From Candidatus Methylomirabilia bacterium (GTDB lineage: Bacteria; Methylomirabilota; Methylomirabilia; Rokubacteriales; CSP1-6): 20,871 nucleotides of DNA. The translations under genes were made by a program, and so were the position numbers. Numbering within the stretch: position 1 is the stretch's first letter; the number at the start of each line of letters is the position of its first letter. Shown here piece after piece: positions 16,701 to 20,871 of the stretch. The notes under the pieces are model-generated. The model did no database searches. It was not told the origin of the DNA and saw only the letters and a program-made list of their open reading frames with translations. Location: NCBI GenBank assembly GCA_046758965.1, contig JBHIBG010000043.1, positions 1-20,871 of the forward strand, written 5' to 3'.

Positions 16701-17150
16701 CAGCGGTGCCCCAAAGAGGGCCATGATCCCATCGCCCATCACCTGGTTCACGGTCCCCTCGTAGCGGTGAACGGCCTCCATCATCCGTTCGAGGACCGGA
16801 TCGAGGAGCTTCCGCGCCTCCTCGGGGTCCCGGTCGGCGAGCAGCTCCATGGACCCCTTCAGGTCAGCGAACAGCACCGTGACCTGTTTGCGCTCGCCCT
16901 CCAACGCGCTTCTGGAGGTGAGGATCTTCTCGGCGAGGTGCTTGGGGGTGTAGGTTTCGGGGGAGGCAAACTTTGGTGCCGGAGCAGTAGCAGCCACGAC
17001 CCCCAGTGCCTGGCCGCATCCGCCGCAGAACTTCTCCGCGGGCTCGTTAGAGAACCCACAGGAGGGACAGGTGAGGGCCAACGACGCTCCGCACCCAGCG
17101 CAGAAACGGCGTCCCTCGCGGTTCTCTGCCTGGCACCGGGAGCACTTCAT
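13746..17150 (-). CDS. Double zinc ribbon - class III adenylate/guanylate cyclase - AAA (STAND-like) ATPase - TPR protein (1134 aa)
   Basis: Four N-terminal CxxC; ERKQVTVLFADLKGS and GDGIMALFGAP cyclase motifs; Walker A GEPGVGKS, Walker B LVFEDLHW, EGNPFFLEE, YTFKH; helical repeat C-terminus. Confidence 0.95.
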   Translation of the reverse strand: MKCSRCQAENREGRRFCAGCGASLALTCPSCGFSNEPAEKFCGGCGQALGVVAATAPAPKFASPETYTPKHLAEKILTSRSALEGERKQVTVLFADLKGSMELLADRDPEEARKLLDPVLERMMEAVHRYEGTVNQVMGDGIMALFGAPLAHEDHAVRACYTALRMQESVGRYGDQIQRTHGIPVQIRVGLNSGEVVVRSIGSDLHMDYTAVGQTTHLAARMEQMAKPGSILLTADALRLAEGFVQVKPLGSVPVKGLETPIEVYEVTGAGPVRRRLDAAVARGLTRFVGRDAELDHLRKALERSGAGHGQLVAVVGEPGVGKSRLFYEFTHSHRTHGWLVLESGSVSYGKATTYLPVIDLLKAYFQIETRDDARKIREKVTGKLLTLDRALEPMLPAFLSLLDVPVEDPHWQDLDPPQRRQRTLDAVKRLLLRESQVQPLCLVFEDLHWIDSETQAVLDSVVESLPAAPILLLVNYRPDCQHNWGGKSYYTQLRLDPLPPESAEELLRALLGADATLGPLKQLLIVRTEGNPFFLEESVRTLVETRALVGEPGAYRLAKPVHAIRVPPTVQAVLSARIDRLPPEGKSLLQIVAVIGKDIPYALLRDIADMPEDELRRGLGNLQAAEFLYEANLFPELEYTFKHSLTYQVAYQSLLRDRRRALHARIADAIERLYSAHLADQVDRLAHHAMAGEVWSKALPYCRQAGAKAFARSVPRAAVGWFEQALEALKYLPESRETLEQAVDLRLDLRYSLIPLGEFGRIFDELCTAERLARDLGDRRRLGAVSAFLSNYFTIMSDLNRGVEYGHGALAIADALGELSLRVLANSALAMAYCRLGAYQRAIDHARANVMALQGNLLRERFGMAPIASVYSRTVLAWSLAEVGEFAEGAAIGEEGVRIAEAANHPHSIIFACQGVGVLCLRKGDFEHAISALERALALCDVADVPLLSSIIVAPLASAYAVSGRATESLALLEQGVRRAVTLGDPFGHWLRTGGLSEAFLFAGRVEEAIPLARRAVEITRYIDARGSEAWALSLMGEVTSHQDPPNAEEAQACYRQARARADELGMRPLVAHCHLGLGKLYRRTGDRPKAQEHLSTATTLFREMDMQFWLEQAEAELKALGSKSTKKARRRR

Positions 17151-17186
17151 AGCCGGGCCTCCACTACTCGGGCCGGTGATGCGAGG

Positions 17187-17216
17187 AGCTTATGCTGCCG
17201 TGCCCGAACCGGTCAA
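17187..17216 (-). promoter_or_regulatory. Putative sigma70 promoter of the cyclase operon
   Basis: TTGACC-N18-TAAGCT, 36 nt upstream of ATG 17150; SD GGAGG present. Confidence 0.45.
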
Positions 17217-17409
17217 GTCCAGAAAGTCCAGGCAGTCGCTGTCTCGAGGCCCTGGTCTCAGCGTCGCACAAGACGCCCGCATTCACCGCCGGCTTCGCGT
17301 TCGTGTTGACTACCTGTCCCGCCAGATCACCTGCTTCACCTCACAGACGGTTCCGAGACGACACGATGATGGATCCCCGGAGGACCGTGACTCGGCCCAC
17401 GAGCCCACC

Positions 17410-17439
17410 TTGACATACCTCTAGCGGGTAACGTAGTCT
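17410..17439 (+). promoter_or_regulatory. Putative sigma70 promoter of 17639..18013
   Basis: Perfect TTGACA-N18-TAGTCT. Confidence 0.55.
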
Positions 17440-17638
17440 CACGGTACGTCTTGAGCGCCGTCCTGCTGCGGAGGTGGCCGGGCCCCTGAACAGGGTGCCC
17501 GGACAATCCTTCCGCGCGCTCGGTGGTCATGCAGACTGGCCGGAGCGTTTGCCTTCTCGTAGCCCACCCTCGTAGCGTTCCTTCTGGACGCGCTTCGGAC
17601 CAAGCCAGTGTCTTCCCTAGCGAATAGGAGGGACGGTC

Positions 17639-18013
17639 ATGATTGTCGGGGGATATATGGTCAGCCACGGGGGAGTCCTACCTGGCCGGGAGAACCTGGT
17701 ATTGGCCCTGGACGAGAGGGCGCGGAGCTTCTGGGATAGACAGAAGGAGATAACGCGTGTCGGCCCGTTCTACCTGGCCCCTGGAGGTGGAGCCTATGAG
17801 GACATGACCTTCTTCGCGCTCTACCTCGGACGGCTGGACACCCTTCAAAAGATTATCGCCTCGGAGGAGTACGAGAAGATCTTGGCTGTCGCCGTCCAAG
17901 TCACCAAGAACTTCAAGACCCGCCTCTTTGGCGGCGGCGAGCCAGCCGAAGTCGGCCGCATCGTCAGTACTACGATCAGCGAATGGAAGGCCGCCGGGGT
18001 GATGAAAGGGTAA
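17639..18013 (+). CDS. Hypothetical protein (124 aa)
   Basis: SD AGGAGGG, coding-like codon use, globular alpha/beta-like composition; function not recognised. Confidence 0.75.
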   Translation: MIVGGYMVSHGGVLPGRENLVLALDERARSFWDRQKEITRVGPFYLAPGGGAYEDMTFFALYLGRLDTLQKIIASEEYEKILAVAVQVTKNFKTRLFGGGEPAEVGRIVSTTISEWKAAGVMKG

Positions 18014-18160
18014 GGGCTCATTCCCAGGACGTCTCGCAGATCGCACGGGCATGGAGGAAGGCGCGCTCCAGCTGAGCCTGCGGGTGACCTGGAAAGCGCC
18101 GGCGGTTCCTGGACGGAGCTGACGCCCGCCGGCCAGCAGGTCTTTATGTCGCCTACGCGC

Positions 18161-18418
18161 CTTGCGCTCCTCTTCGAGGGCGCTCTTGGAGGTGCCGATC
18201 TTCTCGGCGGGGTGCTTGGGGGTGTAGGTTTCGGGAGAGCCGAAGCGCGGCTCTACGATAGTCGGTGCGGCAACGGGATCGGCGCACTCGGGGCAGAACT
18301 TCGCCCTCGCGGAGAGCCGGGTGCCGCAGGGAGCGCAGGTCCGCGCTAGCGGGGTGGCGCACTCCTCGCAGAACTTCGCCTGCGGTCGGTTCTCGGCCTG
18401 GCGCCGGGCACACTTCAT
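18161..18418 (-). pseudogene. 5' remnant of a second double-zinc-ribbon adenylate cyclase gene
   Basis: MKCARRQAENR...KFCEEC...CAPC...KFCPEC...SPETYTPKHPAEKIGTSKSALEEERK parallels the N-terminus of 13746..17150; 38/39-nt identity between 18197..18235 and 16923..16961; homology ends before QVTVLFAD; first CxxC broken. Confidence 0.85.
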
Positions 18419-18472
18419 GGGGGGTCTCCAGAGGCAAGATATCAACTCGCCTACCAAACGGTTCGTCTGCTT

Positions 18473-20554
18473 TTATCTCTGTCCGATGGTGGCCAGGGGC
18501 ACACCCACTCCGTAGACTTCCTGTAGCGTCGAGACTACCTCGCCGTGGGTGACATCGGCCTGCACTGCCTGGATGACCGCCTCGAATAGGTTGGCATCCT
18601 CGTCCTCTGCGGCTTTTTTGAGGTCGCCCTTGGCGGCCCTGGCCCTTGCCTGGTCGCGATCTGTTTTGAGTTTCTTGATACGCTCGATATGCCGGTCCAC
18701 CGCCTGAGGGTTGGGTCGGGGTATAGCCGGCCTGATCTCTTCTCTCTCCGGGATCACATAGTCGTTCAGGCCCACTATGATGCGCTCTTTATTGTCAACG
18801 GCCCTCTGGTATTCCAGGGAAGCCCTCTCAATCTCGGACTGAATGAACCCTTTTTTCGCCGCCTCCAGCATGCCTCCCAGGGCGTCTATCTTGCGGATGT
18901 ATTCCCAGATTTTCTCCTCTACCTGATTCGTGAGCGTCTCCAGGTAGTAGGAGCCGCCGAGTGGGTCTATGACGTCCGCCACGCCCGTTTCTTCGGCGAT
19001 GATGTTCTGTGTCATCAGGGCTACACGGGCCGCTTCCCGCGAGGGGCTACTCAGGGCCTCATCGTAGGCGTCGGTATGCAGGGACTGCGCGCCGCCAACT
19101 ATGGCTGCCAGGGCCTGGAAGGCCACGCGGGCGATGTTGTTCTGAACCTGGTGCCTGGTAAGCTCGCGGCCGGAAGTCTGGGCGTGGAATTTCATTCTCA
19201 TGGAGCGGGGGTCCTTCGCCCCGAAGCGCTCTTTCAGGAGCTTCGCCCATACCCTTCTTCCGGCCCGGAACTTGGCCGCTTCCTCGAAGATACTGATTGT
19301 CACGTTGAAGAAGAAGGAGAAGCGGGGAGCGAAAGCGTCCACGTTCATGCCCTTTTTCACGCACCGGTCTACATAGTAAATGCCGGAGGCAATGGTAAAG
19401 GCCATCTCCTGAACCGGCGTAGCTCCTGCCTGCTGCATGTGCTGCCCTATGAGGCTGAGCGGGTTCCAGAGGGGCATGTGTTGAGTGACGTATTTGACGT
19501 GGTCTATGGTCATGCGCTCATGGCCTTCCAGGGAGAACCGGTAATACATGTGAAGGCTCACATAGTGCGAGATGAAGTCTGCCTGGTTGGTTGTGCCGCG
19601 GATGCGGTCCAGCGATACGCCGCGCTTCTGCGCCATAGCCGCGAACATGGCGGTGCTGGTGAAGGGGCCGCAGTCGTTGAGGGCAACGCTGACATTTTCC
19701 ACCGGGATGCCGTCGAAACATATTCCCATGTCCGCCAGGACGTTTATGGGCGTGCCGCAGGTCCCCACCAGTTCTTTCTCCACCTGGTCGATGTCATAAC
19801 CCCTCATCCAGGTGTTGCAGAAGACCAAATTCACGGCCGTCTGGCCGGCATCGAACATGGCTTTCTGGCGATCGTTCCATACTTCAGGAGATTCGAAGCC
19901 GATGAGCATCCTCTTGCTCCAGAGTTGCCCCCTGTACATGGTGGGATAGACCCCTCGCACGAATGGGTATTCTCCTGGATTGCCCAGGTGCCCCGCGGGA
20001 TCCAAGTCCTGAACGTCCTGCGGCGTGTACAGAGACTTCATCGTGATCCCCGACAGGTTCTTTCTCTCGCCCGCTCTGCTGCGCCGCCGTGGAGCCTCGT
20101 CCTCGCGGCCGGCATCGCTCGTGATATCTTGAGGCGCCTTCGTATCACGACCTCGCGCCCCTATTCTGGAAGCGCTCACGGATCTGCGTATGAAATCCAC
20201 CATGGAATCGAGTGTCGAGCCGGGCGGGAAAACTTCCGCCACGCCTGCCCGCTTGAGTACAGCGGCGTCTTCGTCGGGGACGACCCCCCCCACGATGACT
20301 GCTATCCTGTCCGCATTGCGCTCCCGCAGCAGTGCCACGAGCTTGGGGACGAGGACATGATCCGAAGCCAGAGAGCTTATGCCGATCACGTCCACGTCTT
20401 CCTGAATGGCGGTCTCGGCCACCGACTGGACCGTCTGAAAGGGGCCGGTGTAGACGACGTCCATGCCCGCGTCCCGAAGGGCCGCTGTCACCACTTTCAC
20501 CCCGGCGTCGTGGCCGTCCATCCCTACCTTGGCCATCAATACTCTTATCTGCAT
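18473..20554 (-). CDS. B12-dependent acyl-CoA mutase (methylmalonyl-CoA mutase family), N-terminal cobalamin-binding domain fused to the substrate-binding barrel (693 aa)
   Basis: KVGMDGHDAG (DxHxxG), IGISSL, IVGGVVP; then PGEYPFVRGVYPTMYR, FAPRFSFFF, AKFRAGRRVW, FHAQTSG, GGAQSLHT, DPLGGSYYLE; SD AAGGGGG before ATG 20554. Confidence 0.92.
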   Translation of the reverse strand: MQIRVLMAKVGMDGHDAGVKVVTAALRDAGMDVVYTGPFQTVQSVAETAIQEDVDVIGISSLASDHVLVPKLVALLRERNADRIAVIVGGVVPDEDAAVLKRAGVAEVFPPGSTLDSMVDFIRRSVSASRIGARGRDTKAPQDITSDAGREDEAPRRRSRAGERKNLSGITMKSLYTPQDVQDLDPAGHLGNPGEYPFVRGVYPTMYRGQLWSKRMLIGFESPEVWNDRQKAMFDAGQTAVNLVFCNTWMRGYDIDQVEKELVGTCGTPINVLADMGICFDGIPVENVSVALNDCGPFTSTAMFAAMAQKRGVSLDRIRGTTNQADFISHYVSLHMYYRFSLEGHERMTIDHVKYVTQHMPLWNPLSLIGQHMQQAGATPVQEMAFTIASGIYYVDRCVKKGMNVDAFAPRFSFFFNVTISIFEEAAKFRAGRRVWAKLLKERFGAKDPRSMRMKFHAQTSGRELTRHQVQNNIARVAFQALAAIVGGAQSLHTDAYDEALSSPSREAARVALMTQNIIAEETGVADVIDPLGGSYYLETLTNQVEEKIWEYIRKIDALGGMLEAAKKGFIQSEIERASLEYQRAVDNKERIIVGLNDYVIPEREEIRPAIPRPNPQAVDRHIERIKKLKTDRDQARARAAKGDLKKAAEDEDANLFEAVIQAVQADVTHGEVVSTLQEVYGVGVPLATIGQR

Positions 20555-20622
20555 TCTTCCCCCTTGGAACCCGAATGCCTCCTCGAGGCCTGATCCCATA
20601 GGTCGTGGTCGGGCTTTCCGTC

Positions 20623-20871
20623 TCAGTCGTACACCGTCTCGATGTAGTGGCTCGAGTCCACCACCGCCTCGATGACAGTGGGGCCGTCGGCCTGGAGCGC
20701 CTCCCTCAGGGTCTTCTCGAGCTCCTCGGGTGCGCGAGCGCCCACCGCGGGGACGCCAAAGTAGTGCTCCGGCGGATTGCGGTACTCTTCCGCCTGCAGC
20801 TCGGTCCCGTAGATCGCGAACTGGCGGCGCTTCTGTTTCACCTGGATGAGGGAGAGCCAGCGGTCGGCCAG
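20623..20871 (-). CDS. C-terminus of a thiamine-pyrophosphate-binding (acetolactate synthase-like) protein, partial
   Basis: LADRWLSLIQVKQ...FGVPAVGARAPEELEKTLREALQADGPTVIEAVVD, a typical TPP enzyme C-terminal pattern; frame open to the window edge. Confidence 0.75.
   Translation of the reverse strand: MADRWLSLIQVKQKRRQFAIYGTELQAEEYRNPPEHYFGVPAVGARAPEELEKTLREALQADGPTVIEAVVDSSHYIETVYD

Noticed and set aside
18018..18090. Minus-strand peptide GHPQAQLERAFLHARAICETSWE, resembling a cyclase TPR-region remnant
   Set aside because: Too short to distinguish from chance without a search.
17678..18160. Continuation of the 259-aa ORF 17678..18457 as a real protein
   Set aside because: Homology stops at ERK (18161); much of the rest is antisense to the better-supported 17639..18013 gene.
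18689..20593. 634-aa plus-strand ORF
   Set aside because: Antisense to the mutase, no domain signal.
20555..20622. Cobalamin riboswitch upstream of the mutase
   Set aside because: Only 68 nt of intergenic space and no B12-box motifs.
1..20871. Genome-wide UGA reassignment (genetic code 4 or 25)
   Set aside because: Many genes end at TGA exactly at their family C-termini (8041, 9930, 10995, 12754, 20623), and internal TGAs occur only at the three described sites.
1..20871. CRISPR array, tRNA (including tRNA-Sec), rRNA, IS elements, amrA/amrB partner genes
   Set aside because: No regularly spaced repeats, cloverleaf, transposase or AMMECR1/MEMO-like ORFs seen.

Overview
GC-rich bacterial window, nearly all genes on the minus strand. 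The gene mix (double-zinc-ribbon/adenylate cyclase/AAA/TPR protein, PF04392-type ABC substrate-binding protein, PPOX F420 enzyme) suggests Ca. Rokubacteria/Methylomirabilota, which is an inference. The main observation is missed by the ORF track: three genes within about 4.5 kb each carry an in-frame TGA, two of them at a redox-Cys position. They are a two-domain thioredoxin-fold protein (T-U-P-H-C, 6341..7000), a translationally coupled 50-aa membrane microprotein (GVPT-U-QSTATC, 6192..6344) and a glutaredoxin-DinB fusion (PG-U-SSC, 9933..10712). Each TGA is followed within 1-3 nt by a compact hairpin, suggesting a selenoprotein cluster with an unusually UGA-proximal SECIS-like element. Also present: an AmmeMemoRadiSam radical SAM gene whose CxxxCxxC motif is split by a 446-aa LAGLIDADG intein ending in Lys-Asn; a single-chain B12 acyl-CoA mutase with an N-terminal cobalamin domain and non-MCM specificity residues; a secreted MetX-like hydrolase; two PLP aminotransferases; GGCT, enoyl-CoA hydratase and FGE-domain genes; truncated paralog remnants flanking the cyclase-SBP block; and a frameshifted cupin. 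No rRNA, tRNA, CRISPR, transposase or sel machinery genes were seen.
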